From: a virus
Length of the DNA stretch: 64,000 nucleotides
Virus record (IMG/VR): IMGVR_UViG_3300002056_000074
Strand: one strand, 5' to 3'
The notes below the pieces were generated by a model that saw only the letters and a program-made list of their open reading frames with translations, was not told where the DNA came from and ran no database searches. Position numbers and translations under genes: made by a program. Positions 52,101-61,244 of the stretch are shown piece by piece. Positions within the stretch are counted from its first letter, which is position 1; each line of letters starts with the position of its first letter.

Positions 52101-55100
52101 CAAGATCAAATTGAATCATTCATTGATTATAGCTTCTTTGCTAGAAATAAAGTTAGAAATAGAACTATTGGGAACAGATATTCAGTTATACCTAATCAAA
52201 TTACGAATAGTTGGTCATTTGATGGTATCGCTACGACATTTGACACTGCTACAGCAGTGAATTTAGTATCTGTAACAGGGACTCTACCAACTCCACTCCT
52301 ACCGAAAGTTCCTTATTATATTGTTAATAATTCAGATGGAACGTTTAGCTTGGCATCAACACAAAATCGTGCCGCAATTGGTCAAACTATTAAATTATTA
52401 GATAACGGTTCTGTTTCAGGTATTGAAATTTATCCAGCGGTTGATAATTTAGCCAAATATCCGAGAATGGAAGTGAATTCATTTAGAAATCAAATATCAT
52501 TTAAACCATCCCGTGGTGTAGTGTCAGATATGGTAAACGGACCCTTCGATGATATTAATGTCGCCAACAATATCCTTAATCAATATGGAGATCCTTTGAC
52601 GATTAGTGATTATACTATCAATCGCTTGGATCAAAAAACTACCGTTTCATTAACCGATGTTCGGCGCATTGATGAAAATCAATCTATGGATGAGGTAGAT
52701 TTGTTGGGAAGTGAAGGTTACTTATATATTAGTTCTGCAACTTTTTTTATTGATACGTATGAACATGTTATTGAATTTAGCGATTATACTAATGATGGTG
52801 TATTATTGTATGATGGTTTCATTGGATTAAACCTTTCTAGATTTAATATTAATTATAATAGGCAGGCAGGTTCATCACAGCGTCCCAATATTGGTGGAAG
52901 TGTTATTATTAGAGATGATAATAGTAACTTGAGCACCATTGATAACATAGAGCGCCTAACTGATGATCTTCGTTATGCATATGGTGATGTTTCAAACAAC
53001 GAAAGTAATCGCTATGGTCCATTTGCTAGGCGGACATTAGGGTATGATATCGCCACGAGTGAAGATTATCTTAATAATATTAACATTAATGAAAATTCAC
53101 AATTTCTTTTTTGGCAAGGGTTGATTCAGACTAAAGGATCTACGGGATCAATCAACTCATTTATAAACTCACGAAGATTTGTAGATGCAAAGATTGATGA
53201 ATTTTGGGCATATCAAGTCGCAGAATTTGGATCTACTGAAGAACAGGAAGATCTACAACTATTCATTAACAAAAATGATGTTGTTAATGATAGTGTTAAG
53301 CTTGAATTTGTTGCCCCACCTGAAGTTAATATTACAGTTCCCGGATATTCAAATAGTGGATTTGATATTGGTGGTTATGATATTATAACAACCTCATCTG
53401 ATATACAACAAATTACAAGTGATGGATTTATATCAGTTTCGATTAATGATAACACTCGATGGTATAATCAACCAGATCAGAGAAAATTATTAGAAGATAA
53501 TGGTTTAATTTTTTATTTTGATAACACCGCAACTGATAGCTTAATTGTTCCTACTGCAGAGTTTGTTTCTGATGAAACTCCTACAATAGAACATAATTTT
53601 AATTCTGATGGCGTCACAATTACAATCGATCTGGGTTATACTGGAAGAGATGTATATACATCAAGTGATTTTAATGTTGGGGATAGTGAATTAATATTAT
53701 CTAAGCCATATATCCCTTATACAGACCAAATTATTGTTTTCAGAAATGGTATCCGCTTAGTAAGGGGAGTTGATTACGGAGAACCAAATGTAATTGACCA
53801 TACTGTGGTGTTTGGTAACATAATTAATTTTGCCACACCACTCAATAGTAATGACGAGATTGTCATAACCTATAAAGTGGCAACTCTATTAGAGGGAAGA
53901 CAATATACAGATATCAATTCTAAGATCGTTAGATTTTCATCTAATGTACTCTTCTCTGCCGATGCATCCATAACAATATGGAACAATCAACCAAACTTTG
54001 TTGCACATAATGCATCAAAGATAATCGATGTTGATAATAACCAAGTAGTTGCAAATGTTAATATGTTTGATCCCGCTAGAAATATGCCAAATCAAGCACT
54101 ATTGGTTGATATTGACATCATAAATCATATCAATCCTGCAACTTTTAATGTTGAGCCAAGTGATGAAGTACTTGACAGAGAATCTAGTGCGGACACGGTT
54201 ATAAAAACACCTTGGGGAGCCGCCGAAGTTGGAACTGTTTGGGCAGATACATCAGAATTAGAGTTTATCCCCTATTATGATGATAAAGTATTTCCCGATT
54301 TAAATGATAGACTTCAGTTATGGGGAAAACAGGCAGAATTTTCAAACTTTAAGGTGTATGAATGGATAGAGTCTGATGTACCACCTGAAGATTATGATGT
54401 ATTAGTAAGTTCAGAGCAGGGAAATTCTGATATACCTGAATATTTGCAGAAATCTGGAAATGCAAAATTAACAACATTTAAGATAATTCGTAATAGTACA
54501 GGTAACAGTCTCCGAGAAATTAAGAATATTATTCACACGGTTAATGTGTTAGATGTGGAACCCACAAGTCTTGGTGAATATACTTTTATATTACCACAAG
54601 ATTTTATTGATAGTGCGCCCTATAATTTTCAAAATTTAACCGTATATGTAAATGGAATTCGCAAATTTTCTTTAGGGCTGTCTTCTGATCCAATCATCCT
54701 TACCGATTTAAAAATTTCTGATACGGTGCAATTTGTTTTATTGAACCAACCAACTAATCAACAGTTACAAGATGCGATTGAAGATGGTAATGTGACACAG
54801 TTTTATGAACACACCAGAAAGACATTCTTTGATAATATCGGTCAAGAAATAACAAAGTATTATTTTTGGGTTGAAAATAAGGTTACTCGAAATCAAACAT
54901 CTTCAAATTCACCATCAGCGATTGAGCAGGGATGGTCAACTACTGATGAACCCTTTATGGTTTTACAAAAACCTGAACAATCTACTACGACCTTTACTAC
55001 GGAGCAGGAAGTGTACATGGTTGACTTCGATTACACGATTAGTAGTAAGGTCGCATCGACACCATTGCGTGCCCTACAAGCGCACACAGAAGCTTTTTAT

Positions 55101-56201
55101 ATGGGTGGTTTGGGTGGTTCATTCTCTTCCGGTAATAGTTATGAAGTGGGTGATATATTGGAAATGGATAGTGGTGTATTGGTTCAGATTGATGCAACAG
55201 ATATTGTTGATGGATCTGTATCCCAATTCAAAATTATATTCACGGGTGATGATAACATCCAACCAGATATTGAACTTCGTCAAGTACTAATTAATGGCGC
55301 AGTTGCAGGCACTTCTGATGGGGTGGGATTTTCAATAAAACCCACTATCGATAATTTTGGTGGATCATCACTTAAGTTATCAACTGTTATTAATGACACT
55401 TCTTCACTTATTATTAAAATTAATAATAAAGAAATTTTTGAAAAGAATGTAGATGATTTAACGAATGGATTTAAAATTGTTGATAACACACAAATTGATA
55501 TATTAAAATCAGTATCTGTTGATGATATTATTTCCGTGCAATATCAAGCTTCTAGGCCATTGAGAACATCAACGTTACCCAATCGCTATACACAGGCGAT
55601 TGTTCGTAATATTAGAAATTTTGTTGATGCCGATTTGAAATATACAATAAGGTTTAAGAAGGATCTTATTTTTGATAATGAAGTAACTCAACTGAATAAT
55701 AAAAATTTACATAAAGAGTGGGCACTGTTTAGGCAACATCAACAGACAAATATTCCAAATGTCTTGTGGGTTAAAGCAATAGAAAGTATGATTGGTCATA
55801 GTATTGATGATGATACAATCGAAGTTCCCAGTGTAAGTCGCCGCTTATATGATGCACAATTTGGTACAAATACACGATTTGGTTTAGATGAGGGTCAAAC
55901 ATTCGCGAATGGCTCCACATTAATAACTACATTATTAGCTGATTTAAATAATCCTGAGAATGATTTTAAGGGAATTGATGTTGCAAGTTTTCTAACATTG
56001 AATACGTTTGATAGTAGTGATGATATAATCAATTCGATGAACAATATATATAATTCGTTTGCAACCGAGGATGTTAATAGGATATTTTTTCTATTCTTAA
56101 ATGATGCACTGTCGGTTAAGGATGAATATGCAAAATTATTGAAGACTTCAATGATTTCTATATATGGAGTTCGGCTGCTTGATACACAGGAGGAATTTTG
56201 A
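46149..56201 (+). CDS. Giant (3350 aa) baseplate wedge/structural protein
   Basis: NQLQP, W.PPIDIDKL..F.DYFW, PHLEPW..GY..P.WW, FWQGLI..KG, IDEFWAY....FG, VYEW.ES..PP, YYFWV; TAAATA at 46117-46122. Confidence 0.75.
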   Translation: MSNNSDYSKIRSRIDKIIPDAYQSDIGESFMENTINRFLTKKETEYVDGFVGAPNTHTTTSRQLNEPDIISQANQLQPIITTILGTEKRYMSWADVISELRLQGVDISQLPIWGATDKYNWVPPIDIDKLIYFRDYFWVSDDIKSTPEYITIKNCQTTALSRVRRIEKMIERYGNNFPIVELLEKSGSTFSIVRIDPDNSLVRVTGNVLDVLSIGECISIQNTATNNNEYEIAALTYNTEDNWTIIEVTGNTLVSEEFVGQVRYTEYNGIVLSGLLDNLFESNFMFDVNDSINSKLSGDTFITVNSEYNSEDNTTTIFFDGAITSGVVSGNVTLSNQLTIAENNATEDCFLLTPESEHQWSKSNKWVHRNDVRNFASAKQANYPVIEFDSGIELNEYLETKHIWKYRKFNGDSFEEISTTPNFLELKPATVDFFTAGNTVAVLDKVVGNLSSLFVPGFEFLDQNNQQYVVASSTFEYDVNTLQYNTRITITTIFDSGTTSFIPKVTSLGDVWIGYNQHWIYAGVESELPTASPPMNPLGVINESITFITNNADYDYRVGDTVQEVIVKNITNKVFEFESSDLKNQVLLSSGDFRVYVNNIRRYGDFNEIEDPNTNQFVVGVEFNDSVSFSVGDIIRFEVGSILLSDHGLTNVDVRVEPDDFIFNTTQVTELVSITRIQKLEQLKSSKNQYPNYNLYNIDGTSANAAAPLMEYTIDQSAPVISELARRIKVDRLEENYSFTQNLINDTSLLGYKEMPTTTFWIDVGKQTIYKNIDCVWNKEFIQGNVFNTASFGAEPSIKFEGLIWFDSSNEVLYVYESGSFVESTSYVITNNENPSLKSIWRKAKEKYVPIMRDWNGRSESEYNQEKAAFIASLIENLQFSDNTLSDSDANEQANTVWFARQSNELSPTGEWVGDWTLPDYFYYNIENENRVELSSKQLIGHFEDIINSQDKVPGFLGTRRAQFHTLEKHEVDFGKGGNIRQYNNNFSTFISSVFVDNIIIPSLIEFAQNQYQVTLDRATRIGERSISDILNGDPIIFRDLYPQLLTKNRSNLSANSNRELVYGDSTTFDAETNTGIRNWIATLPNLGFLSAVKPSINVDSNLGLYELRHHDGHRADYTLTPSRFTALFNAIIENNTNVSNSVIVNDVDLPETYNELLAITPSKTFSGGFLWIDATKKQIFNLNLDFIQNNIDPPTIDGYLWLDDSTPNGTLKVSDGVSWTTTSIDDDGKLFNGNTIETSSTSAWRQLDLNEIILELLFDIENSLYEKSIDPIYNFDISSDLQSSFSTYVKDIEEDLPFTNIEYNITDPFSWNYRQSAPLSRFEMKSIDLANNSFIVQQLVASALPDGSTFFIKNSGVNDGTWTVEHAVEDPQTQTTEVFVIEKIKEFSLGLMYKGKLPATTNDGSETAAYWKSLYTQYYGTPYPHLEPWILQGYNSEPDWWNTQYKNTDNSIVARRWLPEMWNNIRAGFIPLGYELPDGQLSNGLNGQVTQYNYFSVNISSDVISSDGGVTNYPPDSLLPPFYNHTISLPTQPATVRSIFSNFVLEITNPSADYEFGHNSELEYTWKNTSQFLYDRFSRNFIEDPINFIVKTFGYNYNTIDGLLIDVDTQNVPSNKNLLLHGTITNDNSIVKVKGLNQWYVNYNRYTGSDTNNSSFLSLWKFWTAPLAYQFNSFIDTRTLDVSNNNVDVDNNVDYSVFVKKTNGIEEHSISGLIATILNIPPKMVNFDNSHLWKIQVSNNSSRVNKLTAYDVMNYPFYADVDTNICTLYTYKIVNVEEVQQVIEIDGDISDLVPVNSEIIINKVDTFTVSGVTFSELESKTKIVLLEPISSISSNDLITFNTKTIPWETGDAIWLSTEARLPSPLFGDVPNFGPIQYFIIRLSDSEFQIAETEAAALAHLPIELLSSGQSIHYVGQLENTFIAKEGKYTSNFWRHYKLDERYTTTITMPGIINGMQNFINFVDGYVAVKTGEGFDFTDETHAWQDQIESFIDYSFFARNKVRNRTIGNRYSVIPNQITNSWSFDGIATTFDTATAVNLVSVTGTLPTPLLPKVPYYIVNNSDGTFSLASTQNRAAIGQTIKLLDNGSVSGIEIYPAVDNLAKYPRMEVNSFRNQISFKPSRGVVSDMVNGPFDDINVANNILNQYGDPLTISDYTINRLDQKTTVSLTDVRRIDENQSMDEVDLLGSEGYLYISSATFFIDTYEHVIEFSDYTNDGVLLYDGFIGLNLSRFNINYNRQAGSSQRPNIGGSVIIRDDNSNLSTIDNIERLTDDLRYAYGDVSNNESNRYGPFARRTLGYDIATSEDYLNNININENSQFLFWQGLIQTKGSTGSINSFINSRRFVDAKIDEFWAYQVAEFGSTEEQEDLQLFINKNDVVNDSVKLEFVAPPEVNITVPGYSNSGFDIGGYDIITTSSDIQQITSDGFISVSINDNTRWYNQPDQRKLLEDNGLIFYFDNTATDSLIVPTAEFVSDETPTIEHNFNSDGVTITIDLGYTGRDVYTSSDFNVGDSELILSKPYIPYTDQIIVFRNGIRLVRGVDYGEPNVIDHTVVFGNIINFATPLNSNDEIVITYKVATLLEGRQYTDINSKIVRFSSNVLFSADASITIWNNQPNFVAHNASKIIDVDNNQVVANVNMFDPARNMPNQALLVDIDIINHINPATFNVEPSDEVLDRESSADTVIKTPWGAAEVGTVWADTSELEFIPYYDDKVFPDLNDRLQLWGKQAEFSNFKVYEWIESDVPPEDYDVLVSSEQGNSDIPEYLQKSGNAKLTTFKIIRNSTGNSLREIKNIIHTVNVLDVEPTSLGEYTFILPQDFIDSAPYNFQNLTVYVNGIRKFSLGLSSDPIILTDLKISDTVQFVLLNQPTNQQLQDAIEDGNVTQFYEHTRKTFFDNIGQEITKYYFWVENKVTRNQTSSNSPSAIEQGWSTTDEPFMVLQKPEQSTTTFTTEQEVYMVDFDYTISSKVASTPLRALQAHTEAFYMGGLGGSFSSGNSYEVGDILEMDSGVLVQIDATDIVDGSVSQFKIIFTGDDNIQPDIELRQVLINGAVAGTSDGVGFSIKPTIDNFGGSSLKLSTVINDTSSLIIKINNKEIFEKNVDDLTNGFKIVDNTQIDILKSVSVDDIISVQYQASRPLRTSTLPNRYTQAIVRNIRNFVDADLKYTIRFKKDLIFDNEVTQLNNKNLHKEWALFRQHQQTNIPNVLWVKAIESMIGHSIDDDTIEVPSVSRRLYDAQFGTNTRFGLDEGQTFANGSTLITTLLADLNNPENDFKGIDVASFLTLNTFDSSDDIINSMNNIYNSFATEDVNRIFFLFLNDALSVKDEYAKLLKTSMISIYGVRLLDTQEEF

Positions 56202-57523
56202 TGGTTGATAGAATAGATCCAATAAATTCACTCATTGAATATGTTAATGAAATCAAACCATTTCATTCAAAAATTATTGAAACATTAACTGAATATGTGT
56301 ACTCAGAGAATATAAATGTGACCATGACTGATTTGGCCAAATTTGATATTGGTGTCGTAGTCGAAGGAGTTGATATTATTGACATTAATTCAAATTTAAA
56401 TTCTAATGAAATTGGTGGTTCTTATGGTGTTGGTCCATATGATTCCTCACCTTCTCACCCAGTAATTGCAGTTAATATAACATTAACTCAAGGTGCATTT
56501 GACCCGATAGCACCGGGATTTGATGTGGATAATAATACTGTAGCAATTCCTGCTGATCAAACAGCATTATATAGACCGGGAAGAAATGTTGAAGTAATAT
56601 TATCCAAATTTAATACTACCACAGGATTAACAACTGAAATAACATCATTGATTTTTACAATATTGAGTTCTACATTTGAGGAAAATCAACAAACTAACGG
56701 TATTATAAACACACCACTGACCAGATTAGTATTATCTGGTCTTAATGCTACAACAGAAGTATTGAATGATGATGAACAGTTTGTAGCAACCGTCAACTTA
56801 GAACCTTCAACATTCAATTCAGTTGTCATTGGATATGGATCAGCGGCTCGCGTGTTCTATACACAAATTTCACCAACACCAACACCACAAGCATCTCAAA
56901 TGCAGATAGCAGATGAAGATTTTCTCAATGGAACCTATGCAAATTCTATAATTTTCGATGGTGATGTAGTTATTTCATATCCATTTAATTCAAAATTAAC
57001 AATAACGTTAGCATCTGGAGAACGCAATACGTTTAATGTGGTTAATAGTTTTTATGATAGCACCAATGATAAAACTGTTGTTAGATTATTAGAGGATTTG
57101 GACGGAGGAGTAGATTATGTAGGCGCTGAAATCATAGAATTGTTTACAGGCTATGATGATATTTTTATTCGATCAGTTGGTCAGAGACAATCACAAGATA
57201 CTACAGAGGGGTTAGCGCGAACACGAGTATTGGAAAATATTAATTTTGGGTGGGTAGATTCTGATGGAGAAGTATTAATAGGAAAACAGTATGTAATTAA
57301 GGAAATAAGAGATCAAAATACTATTTTGATTAATGGTGATGCATCTGATATAATAAGTAATGGTGATCAAGTGAAAATTATCAAATCGGAAGATGTATCA
57401 AATGATGGTACATATCAAGTTACAGATATAATAAGTACTGGTATTGAAACAATTGTTGAAGTATCAGGATCATTAACAAATTCGACCGGCTCAATTCATA
57501 GGGGTTGGTTAGAGACAACATAA
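56201..57523 (+). CDS. Baseplate-associated structural protein
   Basis: LIEYVNEIKPFHSKI motif; coupled to the giant gene. Confidence 0.6.
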   Translation: MVDRIDPINSLIEYVNEIKPFHSKIIETLTEYVYSENINVTMTDLAKFDIGVVVEGVDIIDINSNLNSNEIGGSYGVGPYDSSPSHPVIAVNITLTQGAFDPIAPGFDVDNNTVAIPADQTALYRPGRNVEVILSKFNTTTGLTTEITSLIFTILSSTFEENQQTNGIINTPLTRLVLSGLNATTEVLNDDEQFVATVNLEPSTFNSVVIGYGSAARVFYTQISPTPTPQASQMQIADEDFLNGTYANSIIFDGDVVISYPFNSKLTITLASGERNTFNVVNSFYDSTNDKTVVRLLEDLDGGVDYVGAEIIELFTGYDDIFIRSVGQRQSQDTTEGLARTRVLENINFGWVDSDGEVLIGKQYVIKEIRDQNTILINGDASDIISNGDQVKIIKSEDVSNDGTYQVTDIISTGIETIVEVSGSLTNSTGSIHRGWLETT

Positions 57524-58725
57524 AGAGATATAAAAAATTGACTACACCATTTAATGATGATATAGGATTCTCAGTCGCAGGAAAAGTAAAAATTACTGAT
57601 GACTTAGGTAATGTTTTATTGGATAAGAAGAATGCGATCCATCCAAGAAATATGGCGAGGATTTTTGCTCGTGCATTGGCAAATGAAGAAAATAGTAATA
57701 TTTTTCGCATTGCACTGGGCAACGGAGGAACATTAACAGATGCAAGTTTTAATGTAACATTCAATACACCTAATGATGGATTCTCCCCCGATGTCAATAC
57801 TTGGGACTCTAGATTGTATAAAGAAACATACTCTGAGGTTGTTGATAATACTAGCTCACTACTAGGTCAAGATGTTGGATCTGCTGATGCATCAGGTAGT
57901 AGGCCGGGTGGCGGCGCTGTGCCGGGGACTGAGGCAGGTACGGGCGTAGTTAGTAATGACTTGGGTAATACATCCGAAGTCATTATAACAGCCATTATCA
58001 ATGGCAATGAACCCATCAATCAAGCTGCACAAGGAATTGCATCTACCGTGGATGGTGAATTTTTATTCGATGAACTTGGTTTATATACATCTGGTGCTCC
58101 TGCTGCTGATTCTATTGGATATGCAAATTTAGATATAGGTGGGAAAAATTCAACGGACGTGGCGGGAGTTATAAAGGATTTTACCTATAATTTTAATATT
58201 GTAGTTGATGGTGGGAACTTAACTAATATAACATTCACCGTCCCGGATATTTCTGGTTCTGGTAATGCTGGAGAAATTTTATACGGTGATTTGGTAGAAG
58301 CGATTAATACAGGTGATGTAAATTGGAATTCTGCATGGGTAGGTTCCCCATTACCTTCCGGCTCTACCATTAAAATTTCTGATGATACCTCTCTATTCCC
58401 ATCAACTACGGGTTCTGAAACTTTCGGATTTTTACAATTTGAAAGTGGTAGTGCAGGAGATGGTTCCTCTGTAGTAATTACTCCGGGAACAACCGAAAAT
58501 GATATCGATGGAAATCCAATAAATGTAGATTTATTTCAACAACTGGGTGGAGTAATAGAACAACCTATTGATGGTGTTCCAGCCGGTGTAGAAAACAATA
58601 CGGTTGATTCGAAATTAGAAAGGGAGCGTTTATTAACACATTTAATCTTTCAACCTATTTTTAAAGCTGCTGGTCGCCAAATTACAATTTCATATACACT
58701 TACTATTGCATTGGCTAGAAACTAA
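57505..58725 (+). CDS. Baseplate structural protein (start uncertain)
   Basis: GKVKITD..LLDKKNAIHP.NM, LGNGG, FDELGL, LLTHLIFQPIFK..R.I.I.YTL. Confidence 0.65.
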   Translation: MVRDNIKRYKKLTTPFNDDIGFSVAGKVKITDDLGNVLLDKKNAIHPRNMARIFARALANEENSNIFRIALGNGGTLTDASFNVTFNTPNDGFSPDVNTWDSRLYKETYSEVVDNTSSLLGQDVGSADASGSRPGGGAVPGTEAGTGVVSNDLGNTSEVIITAIINGNEPINQAAQGIASTVDGEFLFDELGLYTSGAPAADSIGYANLDIGGKNSTDVAGVIKDFTYNFNIVVDGGNLTNITFTVPDISGSGNAGEILYGDLVEAINTGDVNWNSAWVGSPLPSGSTIKISDDTSLFPSTTGSETFGFLQFESGSAGDGSSVVITPGTTENDIDGNPINVDLFQQLGGVIEQPIDGVPAGVENNTVDSKLERERLLTHLIFQPIFKAAGRQITISYTLTIALARN

Positions 58726-58740
58726 AAAATCAAATTAAAC

Positions 58741-58771
58741 AAAAAGGGCCGCTAATGCGGCCCTTTTTGTT
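58741..58771. terminator. Bidirectional intrinsic terminator
   Basis: AAAAAGGGCCGC taat GCGGCCCTTTTT. Confidence 0.9.
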
Positions 58772-58786
58772 GACATATGTTAACTA

Positions 58787-59269
58787 TTAACTAGTCTTCT
58801 TTGGTCGTCCACGTCCATCTTTAGCTTTTGAGACAACCGCTTCGGCAGCAGCTAACTCGGCAGCAGCAGCATCTTCAACAGCCTTTACGTCAACCTTTTC
58901 CTGTTGTTGCCTTGCAATTTCCATAGTTTGGTTAATTGAATAACCACTAGAACCAGCCCTTGGTACATAAGGCTTACCTTCCTTAGTAATACCTTTAACT
59001 AATTGATGGAAATAATCAAGTGCATTAACATTATTTTTTAGTGTTGTTTGTGACATGATATCCCATAGTGGGAGACTTTTTACAAATCGATGTTTTAAAA
59101 TTTTACCAATTCGTTCACGATCAATTTGATCAAGATCTGCAATTTTTAGATACAAGATATTTCCAAAATTATCTCTCTGTACAATTGCACACTCATCAGC
59201 AAGACCATTCCCTTGCAAATCAATACGAAATACATGGGGAATTGATGTTTCGATAATATTTAAGGCCAT
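58787..59269 (-). CDS. Hypothetical late protein with C-terminal AT-hook-like motif
   Basis: LWDIMSQ..L.N..NALDYFHQLVK; ends GRGRPKKTS. Confidence 0.65.
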   Translation of the reverse strand: MALNIIETSIPHVFRIDLQGNGLADECAIVQRDNFGNILYLKIADLDQIDRERIGKILKHRFVKSLPLWDIMSQTTLKNNVNALDYFHQLVKGITKEGKPYVPRAGSSGYSINQTMEIARQQQEKVDVKAVEDAAAAELAAAEAVVSKAKDGRGRPKKTS

Positions 59270-59375
59270 AATAAACTCCAGTGTAATTTGTTATATAATA
59301 AATATTTATCTTTAAAAAAGAAGGGCAACTTTTAATAATCTCTTAAATAGTGTAATACTGAAGAGATTTTATATT

Positions 59376-59897
59376 ATGGCTGTTGATGACAATAAGCAAG
59401 ATACTATGACCGCATTAGATCGAAAAAGATTGCGATGGTTAACTTGTGCAGAATTGTTTGACGCTTGGCGCGTCGTTCCCAGAATGCTCTTAATTGGCTA
59501 TGGTTACGCATTTTGGGCAGTTATTGATTGGTATATGAATTTAAAACCGACATTATTGGAAAATTGTAATAAAGAATTATTAGCTGATTTTTGTATTTCC
59601 AATGCACCAACCACACAACATTCTATATTAGTTTCTGCGACGGTAGGTGCTGCAGCAGTCGTGTTTGGTTTATATACTAGCACAGGAAGAGAGTGGAATC
59701 GGAGCAAGTTTATTAAATGGGATGATAGCAATATGCAACGATCAAATGACTATATTAATAAGCAAAGACGCCGGGGCAACAATCGAGATTTTTATGAACA
59801 GAGTAATGATAGTTTTTGGGCTGATGTTTCAGATTCGGAATATCCTGATGAAGATATTTTTCCAAATAGACCACGAAATGGAGATGATTACTATTAA
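59376..59897 (+). CDS. Two-TM holin-like membrane protein
   Basis: FDAWRVVPRMLL..WY, VSATVGAAAVVFGLY; charged tail; TAAATA at 59344-59349. Confidence 0.5.
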   Translation: MAVDDNKQDTMTALDRKRLRWLTCAELFDAWRVVPRMLLIGYGYAFWAVIDWYMNLKPTLLENCNKELLADFCISNAPTTQHSILVSATVGAAAVVFGLYTSTGREWNRSKFIKWDDSNMQRSNDYINKQRRRGNNRDFYEQSNDSFWADVSDSEYPDEDIFPNRPRNGDDYY

Positions 59898-60817
59898 GAG
59901 CTTAACATTTTTATATAGTTATTAACACCTTCTTGAACTTTCACTAATCCAAATTTTTGACAAAATTTGATAAATTTGAAGTGGTTAAAATTGCCCGGAT
60001 TTGCTAATCCTCTCTGCACTTCATTAATAATTTGTTCCATGATTTCATCAGGCTGACTTTCTAGGTTCATTAATAAATCATTTTCTTTAAATAATTCACC
60101 AACTATAAATTTCTTCTTAGAAATTGGGTGTTTCCATTTAGTTTCCATTAAGTTTGTCCTAACAAATTCATCATTATAAGCTTCTACTATTTTTGTTTTT
60201 CTAATATTTGGCTTCGCAGATTGAACATTGTCGCCACCTTCACCCTCTCCTCGAATACACTTCTCAAACATGAAAAAATCTGCATCATTATTATAATCTT
60301 GAAGTGTTCGCTCATCACCAGTAGCCGGATCTACGAGATATACATTATCATATCGCAACAATTGCATAAAATCTTTATCCGCACTAATAATGATAACTTC
60401 ATTATCCTCTTCCAATGTCAATAGTTGAACACATCCAGAAATAAGATCATCCGCCTCTAAACCATCACTAGCGAGCGTGATTATTGATGTGTGGTCAGTA
60501 ACCATATTTTCAAAGTCTTTGATGTGCTCTTGAAATAATTTATATTTTTGTTTTTGTTTTTCTGTTTGATTTTTTCGTCTACCAGCCTTATATATTTTTC
60601 CACTGATGCACTTATCAGATTTAGTGTATTCCAATCTCCATGATGGCCTATCAAATGCTAAGATAATTTTATCTGGTTTATATAATTTGAAATATTTATT
60701 TAATGTTAGTAGTGCTGAATGTGTAGCCACTCCAGCCAATGTAATATCATCTTCTGATTGATTTGCATAAAAAGATTTGTGAATAATATTACTACTGTCA
60801 ATAACAAGATATCGCAT
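59894..60817 (-). CDS. RNase H / 5'-3' flap exonuclease (T4 rnh-like)
   Basis: VIDSSN, AFD..SWR, YKAGR, EADD, SADKDFMQL, KCIRG..DNV. Confidence 0.9.
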   Translation of the reverse strand: MRYLVIDSSNIIHKSFYANQSEDDITLAGVATHSALLTLNKYFKLYKPDKIILAFDRPSWRLEYTKSDKCISGKIYKAGRRKNQTEKQKQKYKLFQEHIKDFENMVTDHTSIITLASDGLEADDLISGCVQLLTLEEDNEVIIISADKDFMQLLRYDNVYLVDPATGDERTLQDYNNDADFFMFEKCIRGEGEGGDNVQSAKPNIRKTKIVEAYNDEFVRTNLMETKWKHPISKKKFIVGELFKENDLLMNLESQPDEIMEQIINEVQRGLANPGNFNHFKFIKFCQKFGLVKVQEGVNNYIKMLSS

Positions 60818-61243
60818 TTACGTATAATCCCCCACCTCGGGATTTTCAAGCTCTTCAGTTGCACCCATATCACGATAGACAGCATTAAGCCATGTTTGAA
60901 TAATCTCATCTTCGGTGATTCCGGGAACACCACTTTGCTTCAGATATTTAATCATGGCATCATTCCATTCCAACTCGATAGGGATTCCTTTATCTGCATC
61001 TGCTTCATCTGGGTTTCCACTTTCGATATTAATCCACGGTTGATTTGATGATTTCATCAATTTATTATAATCACGCTGCTTCTCAGTTCTTTCTCGCTCA
61101 AATGCTTCCTTTTCTGCCTTTAATTTATCTCTTTCAGACTTTAATGCATCAGCGATTCCTGCCTTAATCATTTCCTGAACTTCTTCTGCAGAATACCTAC
61201 CTTCTTTATTTTCTCCTACTGGAGTAGCATCTTCATGATTCAT
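60818..61243 (-). CDS. Hypothetical protein
   Basis: PWINI, ELEWNDAMIKYL..G..G.TEDEII..W; start moved to ATG 61243. Confidence 0.6.
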   Translation of the reverse strand: MNHEDATPVGENKEGRYSAEEVQEMIKAGIADALKSERDKLKAEKEAFERERTEKQRDYNKLMKSSNQPWINIESGNPDEADADKGIPIELEWNDAMIKYLKQSGVPGITEDEIIQTWLNAVYRDMGATEELENPEVGDYT

Positions 61244-61244
61244 A

